Shown here piece after piece: positions 16,914 through 26,487 of a DNA stretch of 64,000 bases. Under the pieces are notes generated by a model. The model saw nothing but the letters and a program-made list of their open reading frames with translations, was not told where the DNA came from and did no database searches. Both the position numbers and the translations under genes were made by a program. This DNA comes from Acidobacteriota bacterium. GTDB taxonomy: Bacteria > Acidobacteriota > UBA6911. How positions within the stretch are numbered: position 1 is the stretch's first letter; each line of letters starts with the position of its first letter. Location: positions 1,216,001 through 1,280,000 of the forward strand of contig OY761556.1 of the NCBI GenBank assembly GCA_963664705.1, in the 5' to 3' direction.

Positions 16914-18671
16914 CTACGTTACCGCGAGTTCCTCTTCGAGCAATTGTTTGCTGTACAGATCCGCGTAGACCCCCTGCAGCTCCATCAGGGAATCGTGCGT
17001 GCCCCGTTCGACAATCCGTCCTTCTTTTAGCACCACGATCTGGTGAGCGCTCTTGATCGTGGATATCCGGTGTGAAACGAGGATTGTGGTCCGGTTGTTC
17101 ATGACCTTCGCCAGTTCTCCGAGTATTCGCTCTTCGGTATAGGTGTCCACGTTCGACAGGGAGTCATCGAAAATCAGGACCTTGGGAAGCAGGAGCACCG
17201 CTCGGCTGATGGCGACGCGCTGTTTCTGGCCGCCGGACAGCGTAATGCCTCTTTCGCCTACATACGTCCCGATGCCGTTTGAGAATGTCCCGATGTCATC
17301 CGCAATTTGAGAAACGCGCGCCGCCCAGTCCACCTCCTCATCGGTCTTGGGGATATCGTTTCCGAAGGCGATGTTTTCCCGGATCGTATCTGAGAAAAGA
17401 AACGTCTCCTGGGGGACGTAGCCGATGTTTTTTCTCAAATCAGCCAGCGGCCACTGGTGCACATCCTTGTTATCGATGAACACGGTTCCCGGCGGTGGAT
17501 CGAAAAGCCGGGTGATCAGATTAACAAGGGTAGATTTTCCGCTTCCGGTGTGACCTACAATCGCCAGAGTGGTTCCGGCCGGGACTGTGACGCTGATATT
17601 GTGCAGCACGGGGCGCTTGCCATTTGGATATTGAAATGTCAGGTTCCTGAGCTCCAGCGATCCGCAAATCTCCTCCGGAGCCAGGGCGCCAGGTTCGTCA
17701 TGAATGGCGGGTGGAGCCTCCATAATGTCCAGCATTCGTCCCATGGATGCGGCTCCGCGCTGGAAAATATTCATTACCCAGCCAATCGCAATAGTGGGCC
17801 AGGTCAGCATCGACAGATACCCCATGAACGCAACGAACTCTCCAAGTGTCAGAGTGCCGCGGATGACCTGGCGCCCGCCGAACCACAGGAGCGCGACGGA
17901 GGACATACCGATCAGCGCGGTCATGAGCGGATAGTAGATGCCCCAGAGCCGGATCAAGGAGACATTGCGGCGCACATACTCGACGTTGAGTTTGCGGAAA
18001 TCCTCAATTTCCGATTCCTCACGGGCGAAGGCTTTCACTACGCGAATGCCGGACAGGTTCTCCTGCGCTTTTGTGCTCAGGTTGGAGAACTGTTCCTGGA
18101 TATTTTCGAAACGATCGTGAATTTGCCGGCCGACTTTCTTCACCGTGACAGACACCAGCGCCAGCGGAATATACGCGAGAATCGTCAACTCCCAGTTCAG
18201 CCGGAGCAAAATAGTGGTAAGGATGATCACGAGCGTGATCGTGTTCAGGGAATACATGATGCCCGGGCCAAGCACGGAACGGACGGCATTCAGATCGTTG
18301 GTGGCTCTCGACATGATGTCGCCGGTGCTGCGCGTTTGCAGAAACGAAAGAGACATCTTCTGGACATGCGACAGGAAATCGTTGCGCAGGTCGTATTCAA
18401 CCAGCCGGCTGACGCCAATGAGAATCTGCCGCATCCAGAAGCGGAAAAAGCCCTCCACCAGGGAAATGCCGAGGATGAGCGCGGCGTAGAGTAAAAGTTT
18501 CTGCTTGTCGATGCCGTGTCGCAGCCCGTCTACCACATATTTCAATACCCAGGGGGAACAGGTGGCTGCTGCAACCGTCGCAATGATCATCAGGGATCCC
18601 ATGATCATCCTCGAACGGTATTTGCCCAGATAGGGTAAGAGATAGAGAAGGGGGTGTTTTCTGTCTGCCAT
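16914..18671 (-). CDS. ABC exporter, fused permease/ATPase (MdlA-like subunit with degenerate site)
   Basis: GHTGSGKS, LSGGQKQR, IFDDSLSNVD; tandem heterodimer with the neighbouring gene. Confidence 0.92.
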   Translation of the reverse strand: MADRKHPLLYLLPYLGKYRSRMIMGSLMIIATVAAATCSPWVLKYVVDGLRHGIDKQKLLLYAALILGISLVEGFFRFWMRQILIGVSRLVEYDLRNDFLSHVQKMSLSFLQTRSTGDIMSRATNDLNAVRSVLGPGIMYSLNTITLVIILTTILLRLNWELTILAYIPLALVSVTVKKVGRQIHDRFENIQEQFSNLSTKAQENLSGIRVVKAFAREESEIEDFRKLNVEYVRRNVSLIRLWGIYYPLMTALIGMSSVALLWFGGRQVIRGTLTLGEFVAFMGYLSMLTWPTIAIGWVMNIFQRGAASMGRMLDIMEAPPAIHDEPGALAPEEICGSLELRNLTFQYPNGKRPVLHNISVTVPAGTTLAIVGHTGSGKSTLVNLITRLFDPPPGTVFIDNKDVHQWPLADLRKNIGYVPQETFLFSDTIRENIAFGNDIPKTDEEVDWAARVSQIADDIGTFSNGIGTYVGERGITLSGGQKQRVAISRAVLLLPKVLIFDDSLSNVDTYTEERILGELAKVMNNRTTILVSHRISTIKSAHQIVVLKEGRIVERGTHDSLMELQGVYADLYSKQLLEEELAVT

Positions 18672-18731
18672 GGCTAAAGCTGAGTAAGCGGCTGGACCGA
18701 GATACGAATAAGGACAAGCTGCTGAAAAGCG

Positions 18732-19322
18732 CTATCGCGTAGTCCGCATATCCTTGTAGGGAATCAGTGCTCCATCCCGCAACTTAAATTCTACCGAATA
18801 CTTCATGATATCGTTCTTATAATTTGGGTAAACCAACTCGAACTGGGCCACTTCATCCGGCGCAATCGATTCCTTGTTCATTCGGACTATGGCTGTTTCC
18901 AGGATGGTTCCATCGTGTGCATAGAGGCGTACCGCCGTGTCCAGCTGCTCCAGCGTGTCCGTTGCGATATTTCTGATGGCGCCACGAATATGGAACTCGT
19001 TGTCTTTGACCTCATCCCCAAGGTATAAAAGCGCGACTTTTTCCTGCCGTTCGTCTCCGCGTCGAGACTGAAGGTCCCTGGTCATTTTGTCAACGGTTGG
19101 TTGCGGAAGAATGACAAGGACAAAACCCGCGGCAACCACGAGGCTCAGGATGATCAGGAGAACCCGCAGAAGATCTCCGAGCAGCCAGGGCTTTTGCCGT
19201 ACCGCGGTAAAAGCTGGGGCTTCCGGCCGGCGCGCAGCATCCGGTGCGTCCTGGGGCGAAGCAGATGTGGGTTCAGTTGGTTGTTCCGGCGGGCTGGACT
19301 TGTCCAAGTTAAGGTGGAGCAT
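18732..19322 (-). CDS. Hypothetical single-pass membrane protein with FxLYD-like Ig domain
   Basis: Pro-rich N-terminus, one TM helix, then I.GAIRN...VRLYAHDG.IL...I.P.E...FEL. Confidence 0.6.
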   Translation of the reverse strand: MLHLNLDKSSPPEQPTEPTSASPQDAPDAARRPEAPAFTAVRQKPWLLGDLLRVLLIILSLVVAAGFVLVILPQPTVDKMTRDLQSRRGDERQEKVALLYLGDEVKDNEFHIRGAIRNIATDTLEQLDTAVRLYAHDGTILETAIVRMNKESIAPDEVAQFELVYPNYKNDIMKYSVEFKLRDGALIPYKDMRTTR

Positions 19323-19416
19323 AGGTCCTTTCGCTTTCTCTATTTCCTCATCGTTTTCCGGTATCGGAAGTCAGGCGCACGAAGAACTCTCGGCAGAGCG
19401 GGCTGCGTATCAAGTC

Positions 19417-20040
19417 TTACTTATTGGGGTATGTGGGAAACCTGGGTTGGCGGCGTGAATCGACGGGCTGAGGGCTTTTGTCCCAGAATCCCTTTTTCCC
19501 TGATGATGGCGGTTCCTGGCCCATCATCAGCTTTGTGCTGATCTTTCCCAGAATGCGCCTTTCCAGAGTGCCCAATGAGTCCAGGGGGATCCACTTCTCC
19601 GTTCCATCAACATCCCGATTCAGTGCTTCCACCTTTGTCCGTATGGTAACCATCGTTTCCGTGGGGGACACAATTTCCAGCAACGCCTCAACTGAATACT
19701 GCGCCTTGAGCCAGGTTCCCGTAGCCCGGTCATTCAGTATCGCGACCTTCTCAACCTCGCTCGGCGTCAGCGAGCCGGTAATAAATTCATAGGGGCGTGT
19801 CGTGATCTTTCCACCCTTCCGGTCATCCATCTCAATTTTGTAGTCCATATCGTCAAACACGGCATAGACGACATTTGCGACGACCTCGAACTTGTTGACA
19901 AACTTGACCGGGTCAGGAAGGTTGGGTTTCTGCGATTGGGCATTCAGCGGAAACACTCCGCCGAGCCCCAGGATTGCCAGGAGAACTATTTGTTTGAGAA
20001 TGCATCTAAGATGCTGATTGCTATGTAATTCTAGGCGCAC
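19417..20040 (-). CDS. Hypothetical exported protein
   Basis: GTG at 20040 lies 6 nt after a TTGACT-N17-TACGAT promoter; signal peptide ends VFPLNA. Confidence 0.7.
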   Translation of the reverse strand: MRLELHSNQHLRCILKQIVLLAILGLGGVFPLNAQSQKPNLPDPVKFVNKFEVVANVVYAVFDDMDYKIEMDDRKGGKITTRPYEFITGSLTPSEVEKVAILNDRATGTWLKAQYSVEALLEIVSPTETMVTIRTKVEALNRDVDGTEKWIPLDSLGTLERRILGKISTKLMMGQEPPSSGKKGFWDKSPQPVDSRRQPRFPTYPNK

Positions 20041-20046
20041 GCGGAG

Positions 20047-20075
20047 ATCGTAGCACCGGGTCCAATCCAAGTCAA
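20047..20075 (-). promoter_or_regulatory. sigma70 promoter, probably giving a leaderless mRNA
   Basis: TTGACT-N17-TACGAT with extended TG, 6 nt before the GTG. Confidence 0.65.
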
Positions 20076-20215
20076 TCGTCGAACGGACACTACCGTTTTT
20101 TTGCGGCATCCGGGCTTTGGGACTGCATTCTGAGGCCGGCACATCATGAATCAATTGCATCGAAGGCTCTCTCACTATATTCTGAAGTGGAATATTATCA
20201 GGGACCGAAAAATCT

Positions 20216-20605
20216 ATGCCTAAATATGCTACCAACTGGGTTGATTATCGTTTGCCAACGGGTCAGGACTTCGCCGTAGCCGTTTGCGGATATACGGGAA
20301 AAATCCGTCACATGTATATTGGATGCGATCCCGTGCGTCGGGCGTTCATTCATAACGTAATGATCGATGAGGAATCCTGCCATACGGCGGCGCATTGCCT
20401 TGCTTTGGATTGCCCGCTGAACAGGGCTGAATCCGAGCATCTTCTTCACATGCTGGATATGAATGAGGACGAGCCGCTCGACACGGAAACCGCCCAGCAG
20501 TGGGGCACCGGGAGCACCCTCCAGTCTTTTTTGATGTTTGCCAGAAAGATCCAGGCGATGCTGCCGGAAGAGCTGAAAAAGCCGCAACCGCCGATCGAGG
20601 AGTAA
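20216..20605 (+). CDS. Hypothetical cytoplasmic protein, Cys/His-rich
   Basis: 129-aa ORF filling the gap between divergent and convergent genes; plausible composition; family not recognised. Confidence 0.6.
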   Translation: MPKYATNWVDYRLPTGQDFAVAVCGYTGKIRHMYIGCDPVRRAFIHNVMIDEESCHTAAHCLALDCPLNRAESEHLLHMLDMNEDEPLDTETAQQWGTGSTLQSFLMFARKIQAMLPEELKKPQPPIEE

Positions 20606-20628
20606 AGAAGACGGGCGTCACAAGAAGG

Positions 20629-21687
20629 CTATTTTGAAACCTTCTGGCTCCTGCCTCCTGTCTCCTGTCTCCTTTTTGTTCCTATCAGGGATTTCTGATA
20701 TTTGTTTACCGCGATCTGATGCGTCGCATAGTCCTTTGAGAACTGATGCGATCCATCATTTCTAGATACATAGTAGTAGTATCCCGTTCTGGTGGGGCGC
20801 AGCGCCGCGCGCAGCGCATTTTCCCCCGGGTTGGCGATGGGGCCGGGCGGCAGGTTGGGGTGGATATAGGTGTTGTAGGGCGATTCTCGAATCAGATCCG
20901 CCTTTCCCAACCGTCCCTCGTAAATGCCGGCCAGTTTCATTCCATAAATAATGGTGGCATCGCAGGCAAGAGGCATTCCCGCGTCCAGCCGATTCAGTAA
21001 TACCGAGGCAACAAGCGGCGCTTCCTCCGGCCGCTTTACCTCTTTCTCAATCAATGATGCCAGCGTCACAATGCGCGGTATTGTCCAGCCCTGCGGGGCA
21101 GGAGTGCCGGCCAGGATCTGCGCCATTCTTGTCCGGAACTGCTGGATCATGGCTTTGACAACGGACTCGCAACTCGCCTTGTGCCCGAATCGATAGGTTT
21201 CCGGGAAAAGGTACCCCTCGAGGGTGTGTGCTTTGGGATCGAGGTCGCGTATCCAGTCGGTTCTGCGGAGCAATTGTTCCAGCTCATCCGAATTGCCAAA
21301 TCCGTTTTTGGCCAGCAATTCCATCGTTTCACGGGCCGTCAGCCCTTCCGGGATGGTGACGGATCGGAAGTTGACGTCTCCCTTGACAAGCCGCAGGGCA
21401 ATATCCGCGGGGCTCGCCGCATCGGCAAATCGATATTCTCCCGCCTGGATGCGTCGCCCCAGGCCGTTGAGGCGCAGATATAGCAAAAAGGGGAGCCGAT
21501 AGCGCAGCACACCCTGGGAGACAAGAAGGTCCGCAATCTGAGACGATGTTGCATGCTTTGGAATTTCGATGAAAACTTCATCCGCCGAGGCGCCATAAAA
21601 AGGGCGCTCTATCTCGGTGCGAAACGCAAGAGCAAGCAGGGCAAACGCGGCAAGAACAACTGCAATCAGAACCACAATTTTTCGCAA
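20629..21687 (-). CDS. mltG: Endolytic transglycosylase MltG
   Basis: TIPEG, LEGYLFPETY, LASLIEKE, SPYNTY...LPPGPIANPG. Confidence 0.95.
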   Translation of the reverse strand: MRKIVVLIAVVLAAFALLALAFRTEIERPFYGASADEVFIEIPKHATSSQIADLLVSQGVLRYRLPFLLYLRLNGLGRRIQAGEYRFADAASPADIALRLVKGDVNFRSVTIPEGLTARETMELLAKNGFGNSDELEQLLRRTDWIRDLDPKAHTLEGYLFPETYRFGHKASCESVVKAMIQQFRTRMAQILAGTPAPQGWTIPRIVTLASLIEKEVKRPEEAPLVASVLLNRLDAGMPLACDATIIYGMKLAGIYEGRLGKADLIRESPYNTYIHPNLPPGPIANPGENALRAALRPTRTGYYYYVSRNDGSHQFSKDYATHQIAVNKYQKSLIGTKRRQETGGRSQKVSK

Positions 21688-21688
21688 A

Positions 21689-22108
21689 CTAGTTTTCCTT
21701 CAGATATCTGTCAAGAATAAGCGCCGCTGCCAGGGAGTCAATGGTTCTATATTTTTTCTGGCGTCGGGGATTCATGGCATGCCAGAATTCCTGGGCTTCG
21801 ACCGTGGAGAGCCTCTCATCCACGCCTGTAACCGGTATTTCCAGCCGCTTTTCCAATACTGTTCGCAATTGCTCCATCCGGAGAAAAGCGTCGCCATGCG
21901 TACCATCCATGTTGGCGGGCATCCCCAGCACAGCTTCCCCAATGCCCATGGTTCCGATCATCGCGCGAATTTTTCCAATCAGGTCCCTCTGTCCTCGGTT
22001 GGGCAGGGAGGGAAGCGGCTGAACGGTCAATCCCAGCTCGTCGCAGCAGGCAAGGCCAATATTTTTACTTCCATAGTCGATAGCCAAAATTTTCTTTCCC
22101 GACACCAT
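21689..22108 (-). CDS. ruvX: Holliday junction resolvase-like RuvX/YqgF
   Basis: LAIDYG.K.IGLA, DERLST, IDSLAAALIL. Confidence 0.93.
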   Translation of the reverse strand: MVSGKKILAIDYGSKNIGLACCDELGLTVQPLPSLPNRGQRDLIGKIRAMIGTMGIGEAVLGMPANMDGTHGDAFLRMEQLRTVLEKRLEIPVTGVDERLSTVEAQEFWHAMNPRRQKKYRTIDSLAAALILDRYLKEN

Positions 22109-22233
22109 GGGTTCATTGGATCACAGTCGCGCCAATAGATGCAACCGGATCAATCCGCCAAGCAAATATTTGAAACCCAAAAGGGATTGCTATACTATTC
22201 TATGACTTTATCTTTACCCATTCGGGAGGTTGA

Positions 22234-23511
22234 ATGTCCGGTAGAGGCTTAAGATTCCAGAAGGGCAAGTTGTTGGTATTCGTCGCATCTTTCCTGATCG
22301 CGCTGTACGGCATCTCTGCTGCCTTTTACGGCAAAGTGGTTGCCAAAGACGAGGCCTACAAGGAGCTCTCCGTTTTTATGGAAGTTCTTCGTAAGGTCAG
22401 CGACGATTACGTTGAAGCTCCCAATATGAACAGTGTTCAGGAAGGGGCGATGCGCGGGCTGATCGATGCTTTGGACCCCTACTGCAGTTTCCTCTCGAAG
22501 GAGCAGTATGAGGCCTTGCAGAAACGCAAGGCAAATGGGAATGCAGATCTTGGCATCGTTCTTTCTAAACGATCCGATGTCATTTATGTGGTATCGGTCG
22601 AACGCGATAGCCCGGCGGCCGACGCGGGCATTCGTCCCGGGGACTACCTTCTGGCCGTGAATGGCAAGGATGTCGAAAATCAGAGCATTCTGGAGGTCGA
22701 CAGTCTTCTTCATGGTTCGGCGGGAACCAAGATCAAGCTTACCCTTTTCCGCAGTTCCCGGACCACGAAACCCCTGGAATTGGAGATGGCACTCAAGGAT
22801 CCATTACAAAACCATGTTGATTCCAAGATGTTGGAAGGAAACATCGGCTTGTTGGATATAGGATCCCTGACCAGTGCTTCCATGGAACCCGTCAAGTTGA
22901 AGCTGAAGACGCTGATCTCTGCGGGAGCAAAAAAGCTTGTTTTGGATCTGAGGGATTGTGCGGAGGGGACGCAGAAAGAGGGCGCAGACCTGGCAAACTT
23001 TTTTATGCGTTCCGGCGTGATTTATTACAGCCAGAACCGCCAGGGCGAAAAGGTACAGGTTGTCGATGCCTCTCCCGACAAATTTATCACCGATCTTCCC
23101 ATGGTTGTTCTGATTGACGGGTCGACGGCCGGTGCTGCCGAAATCGCCGCCGGTGCTTTGAAGGACAGCAATCGCGCCACAATTGTGGGGGAAAAGTCCT
23201 TTGGGGTTGGATCGGCTCAGAAGACGATCCAGTTGAAAAGCGGTGCGGTCCTGATTCTCTCAACGGCAAAATTCTGTACGCCAAAGGGTAAAATCATTCA
23301 GGATGAGGCGCTGGCGAAGGCTGGAATCGTACCGGATGTGCAGGCTCCTGAAGATGAAAAGCGCCAGGAGCTGTACGTTGAATCTTATTATGATGAGCAG
23401 GAAGAGGCTGCTAAATATAAGCAACTTCAGGAGAAAATAGAAAAGATTCAGCTGGATAAGGCCGTGGAGATCCTTTCCAAAGAGAAAATGCCCGTAAAAA
23501 AAGCAGCATGA
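22234..23511 (+). CDS. S41 (CtpA-like) PDZ peptidase homologue, probably catalytically inactive
   Basis: DYVE, LDPY, PDZ domain, LVLDLR, G.I.PD; TAGAAE and GVGSAQ replace TASASE and GKGSVQ. Confidence 0.85.
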   Translation: MSGRGLRFQKGKLLVFVASFLIALYGISAAFYGKVVAKDEAYKELSVFMEVLRKVSDDYVEAPNMNSVQEGAMRGLIDALDPYCSFLSKEQYEALQKRKANGNADLGIVLSKRSDVIYVVSVERDSPAADAGIRPGDYLLAVNGKDVENQSILEVDSLLHGSAGTKIKLTLFRSSRTTKPLELEMALKDPLQNHVDSKMLEGNIGLLDIGSLTSASMEPVKLKLKTLISAGAKKLVLDLRDCAEGTQKEGADLANFFMRSGVIYYSQNRQGEKVQVVDASPDKFITDLPMVVLIDGSTAGAAEIAAGALKDSNRATIVGEKSFGVGSAQKTIQLKSGAVLILSTAKFCTPKGKIIQDEALAKAGIVPDVQAPEDEKRQELYVESYYDEQEEAAKYKQLQEKIEKIQLDKAVEILSKEKMPVKKAA

Positions 23512-23524
23512 TAGGCAATAAGTA

Positions 23525-23554
23525 TTGACACTATTTCGGGCTTTCTGCTAGTCT
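23525..23554 (+). promoter_or_regulatory. sigma70 promoter of tRNA-Val/thrS
   Basis: TTGACA-N18-TAGTCT with extended TG. Confidence 0.55.
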
Positions 23555-23569
23555 AAGTCCTTATTTTTT

Positions 23570-23644
23570 AGGCGCGTAGCTCAGGGGGAGAGCACTTCCT
23601 TGACGCGGAAGGGGTCAGCGGTTCAAATCCGCTCGCGCCTACCA
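23570..23644 (+). tRNA. tRNA-Val(GAC)
   Basis: Cloverleaf with AGGCGCG/CGCGCCT acceptor stem, CTTCC-TTGACGC-GGAAG anticodon arm, TTCAAAT T-loop and encoded CCA. Confidence 0.97.
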
Positions 23645-23808
23645 AAAAAAATTTGGCCTCAGGAACGAGTTCTCCTTCGTGGATGAATGAGCCGAAATGA
23701 ACGCTATCCAACGGACTAGCTTTCCTCCCCAGTTTACAGACTAATTGCCAGGAAGGACTCCTTTCCTTGTCCTTATATAGTGTAGGGTCAAGGGTTGGTT
23801 TATAGAAT

Positions 23809-25605
23809 ATGTCGTTGAGAATCATAAACCCAGATGGAACTGTCGGAGAGGTCGCCGATTCCGGCACTGCGTTGGAAGTATATCGCCATAGCACCTCTCA
23901 CCTAATGGCAGCCGCCGTCAATAGCCTGTTCCCCGGGACCCATCTCGGGATTGGACCGGCGATCAGCGACGGGTTCTACTACGACTTTGAGCGCCCCGGT
24001 GGCTTTGTGGAAGAAGATCTCCAGAAGATCGAGGCGCGGATGAAGGAACTGGTTGCCCAGAACCTTAGCTTTCAGCCCTCCATCGTTTCCAAAGAGGAAG
24101 CGGTTAAGTACTTCACAGAGAAGGGCGAACGCCTGAAGGTCGAGCTCATCGAGGAAAAGGCGGGGGAAACGCTGTCCTGCTACAAGCTCGGGGATCTGGT
24201 CGATTTCTGTATCGGACCGCACCTCTGCTCGACCGGGGAAATCAATCCCGACAGCTTTCATCTTCTGAGCATTGCCGGGTCCTATTGGAGAGGTGACGAG
24301 CATCGGGAACAACTCCAGCGGATTTATGGAACGGCATTTCTAAAGCCCGAAGAGCTCTCTGCCTACCTGACGCAGCTGGAGGAAGCCAAGAAGCGCGATC
24401 ACAGAAAACTTGGGCGCGAACTGGATCTGTTCAGCATTTCGGAAGAAGCCGGACCTGGACTTGTGTTCTGGCACCCGAAAGGCACCCGAGTAAGACTTCT
24501 GATTGAAGAATTCCTGCGCAAGGAACTGTATAAGCGCGGCTATGAATTTGTAACAACGCCGCATGTGGCGCGGGATGTCCTGTGGAAGACCTCCGGGCAT
24601 TACGATTATTACCGGCAGAACATGTATGTGTTCAAGATTGATGACGAAGAATTCGTGATCAAGCCGATGAACTGCCCCGGGCATATTCAGATCTATAAAT
24701 CGCAGATGCGGAGCTACCGCGATCTGCCGATCCGCTTTGCCGAATTCGGAACCGTGTATCGGTACGAAAAAAGCGGTGTGCTGCATGGACTGCTTCGAGT
24801 CCGGGGATTCACCCAGGACGATGCTCATATCTTCTGCACGCGCGAACAGGTGTATTCCGAGATTTCGGACCTGATGGATCTGGTACTGTTCATCATGAAC
24901 AGTTTTGCTTTCGACCAGTATAAGGTAGAGCTTTCGGTTCGGGATTCATCCAAAAAAGAGGACTACGCCGGCACGGAAGAAGACTGGAATATGGCCGAGG
25001 AAGCGCTGATGGAGGCGCTTCGATCCAGAGGAATCAGCTGGACCCGGATGGAAGGGGAAGCGGTTTTCTACGGGCCCAAGATCGATGTGAAGCTGATCGA
25101 TGCCATTGGCCGCCCGTGGCAGCTGTCGACCGTTCAGTTTGATTTCACGCTTCCGAAACGGTTCAATCTTTCTTTCATCGGTCCCGATGGACAATCCCAT
25201 CAGCCCATCATGTTGCACCGCGCATTGTTGGGGTCGGTGGAGCGGTTCCTGGGTGTTCTGATTGAGCACTATGCAGGTGCCTTCCCATTGTGGCTCGCGC
25301 CTGTTCAGGCCGTTGTAATTCCTATTTCGGAACGGCATCATGAGTATGCCCAGAAGGTCATGGAACGGTTGGGCCAGGCAAATATCCGCGCTGAAATCGA
25401 CGACAGAAACGAAAAAATGGGCTATAAAATCCGGGCTGCCCAGACGAAAAAGATACCGTACATGCTGGTAGTCGGAGATAAGGAAGCACAGTCTGGACAA
25501 GTTTCGGTACGCAACCGCTTTGCAGGGGATGAGGGAGCTCAATCCCTGGAAAGCTTCTTGGAGAAGATTGAGGAGTTCATTCAATCCAGGGCTGTCCGGC
25601 CATAA
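23809..25605 (+). CDS. thrS: Threonine--tRNA ligase (TGS domain largely missing)
   Basis: RHSTSH editing motif, DFCIGPH, RDHRKLG, KPMNCP, RVRGFTQDD, FYGPKID. Confidence 0.97.
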   Translation: MSLRIINPDGTVGEVADSGTALEVYRHSTSHLMAAAVNSLFPGTHLGIGPAISDGFYYDFERPGGFVEEDLQKIEARMKELVAQNLSFQPSIVSKEEAVKYFTEKGERLKVELIEEKAGETLSCYKLGDLVDFCIGPHLCSTGEINPDSFHLLSIAGSYWRGDEHREQLQRIYGTAFLKPEELSAYLTQLEEAKKRDHRKLGRELDLFSISEEAGPGLVFWHPKGTRVRLLIEEFLRKELYKRGYEFVTTPHVARDVLWKTSGHYDYYRQNMYVFKIDDEEFVIKPMNCPGHIQIYKSQMRSYRDLPIRFAEFGTVYRYEKSGVLHGLLRVRGFTQDDAHIFCTREQVYSEISDLMDLVLFIMNSFAFDQYKVELSVRDSSKKEDYAGTEEDWNMAEEALMEALRSRGISWTRMEGEAVFYGPKIDVKLIDAIGRPWQLSTVQFDFTLPKRFNLSFIGPDGQSHQPIMLHRALLGSVERFLGVLIEHYAGAFPLWLAPVQAVVIPISERHHEYAQKVMERLGQANIRAEIDDRNEKMGYKIRAAQTKKIPYMLVVGDKEAQSGQVSVRNRFAGDEGAQSLESFLEKIEEFIQSRAVRP

Positions 25606-25650
25606 ACAGGCCGTCTCTGGATTTTCCTCATAAACTAAAGGAGGTCGCCA

Positions 25651-26175
25651 ATCACAACAGCCAAGCCAGCAAGGGTTCGAGTCAACGAATTGATCCGAGC
25701 CAAGGAGATCCGGGTAGTAGATGAAGATGCCGGACAACTGGGAATCATGACACCGGAGCAGGCGCTAACTCTTGCCCGGTCGCGCGAACTGGATCTGGTG
25801 GAAGTGGCTCCGGGAGCCAACCCTCCTGTATGCCGTATCATGAACTACGGCAAGTTCCAGTACCAGAAGAGCAAGCGGGCTCACGAGGCAAAGAAGCACC
25901 AGAAGCAAGTTGTAATGAAGGAAGTCAAATTCCGGCCCAAGACGGAAGAGCACGATTTTGTGTTTAAGAAGAACAATATCGCGCGATTCCTGGGGGAAGG
26001 AAATAAGGCGAAAGCGACTGTGGTCTTTCGCGGAAGAGAAGTGACCCATCAGGAAATCGGACGAAAACTGATGGATCGACTGGTGCAGGAATTAGCAGAA
26101 GTTGCCGATGTGGAGCGGATGCCCAAAATGGAAGGATATGCGCTGGTCGCAATCTTCCTTCCTAAAAAGCACTAG
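25651..26175 (+). CDS. infC: Translation initiation factor IF-3, non-canonical ATC start
   Basis: GGAGG-N6-ATC in frame with [13 protein letters not shown]; DLVEVAP, KEVKFRP. Confidence 0.93.
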   Translation: MTTAKPARVRVNELIRAKEIRVVDEDAGQLGIMTPEQALTLARSRELDLVEVAPGANPPVCRIMNYGKFQYQKSKRAHEAKKHQKQVVMKEVKFRPKTEEHDFVFKKNNIARFLGEGNKAKATVVFRGREVTHQEIGRKLMDRLVQELAEVADVERMPKMEGYALVAIFLPKKH

Positions 26176-26267
26176 GGTCTTGCCTGAATACGGCTTTTTT
26201 GTTTTTATGCGATCTTCATAGCCGGATTTGTGTGATTAGGCTACTATATTTAGCTGGGAGAAATACT

Positions 26268-26459
26268 GTGAAGCGGAAAACTAGCAAGAGTGCGGCCAAG
26301 CGATTTAAAGTAACCGGGACGGGAAAAATCACGCGGCATCATAGCCATGCCCGTCACATATTGACCAAGAAACCCCGTAAACGCGTACGGAAGCTCGTGG
26401 CTGTCGATTTGGTGAGCAAGCCTGATACCAAGCGCGTAAAAAAGATGCTGAATATTTGA
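26268..26459 (+). CDS. rpmI: 50S ribosomal protein L35
   Basis: GTG after GGGAG; K.AAKRFK.TGTGK, HILTKK. Confidence 0.93.
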   Translation: MKRKTSKSAAKRFKVTGTGKITRHHSHARHILTKKPRKRVRKLVAVDLVSKPDTKRVKKMLNI

Positions 26460-26487
26460 ATATCCGAATGTACCGTGGAGTAAAGAG

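Noticed and set aside
23765-23795. Hairpin before thrS as a tRNA-Thr anticodon-mimic operator or T-box
   Set aside because: A stem exists (CCTTG.CCTTA/TAGGG.CAAGG), but the loop does not place NGU at the anticodon position and no T-box motif is visible.
23570-23808. tRNA-Val as an integration site for an island
   Set aside because: No integrase and no duplicated tRNA 3' end; thrS follows directly.
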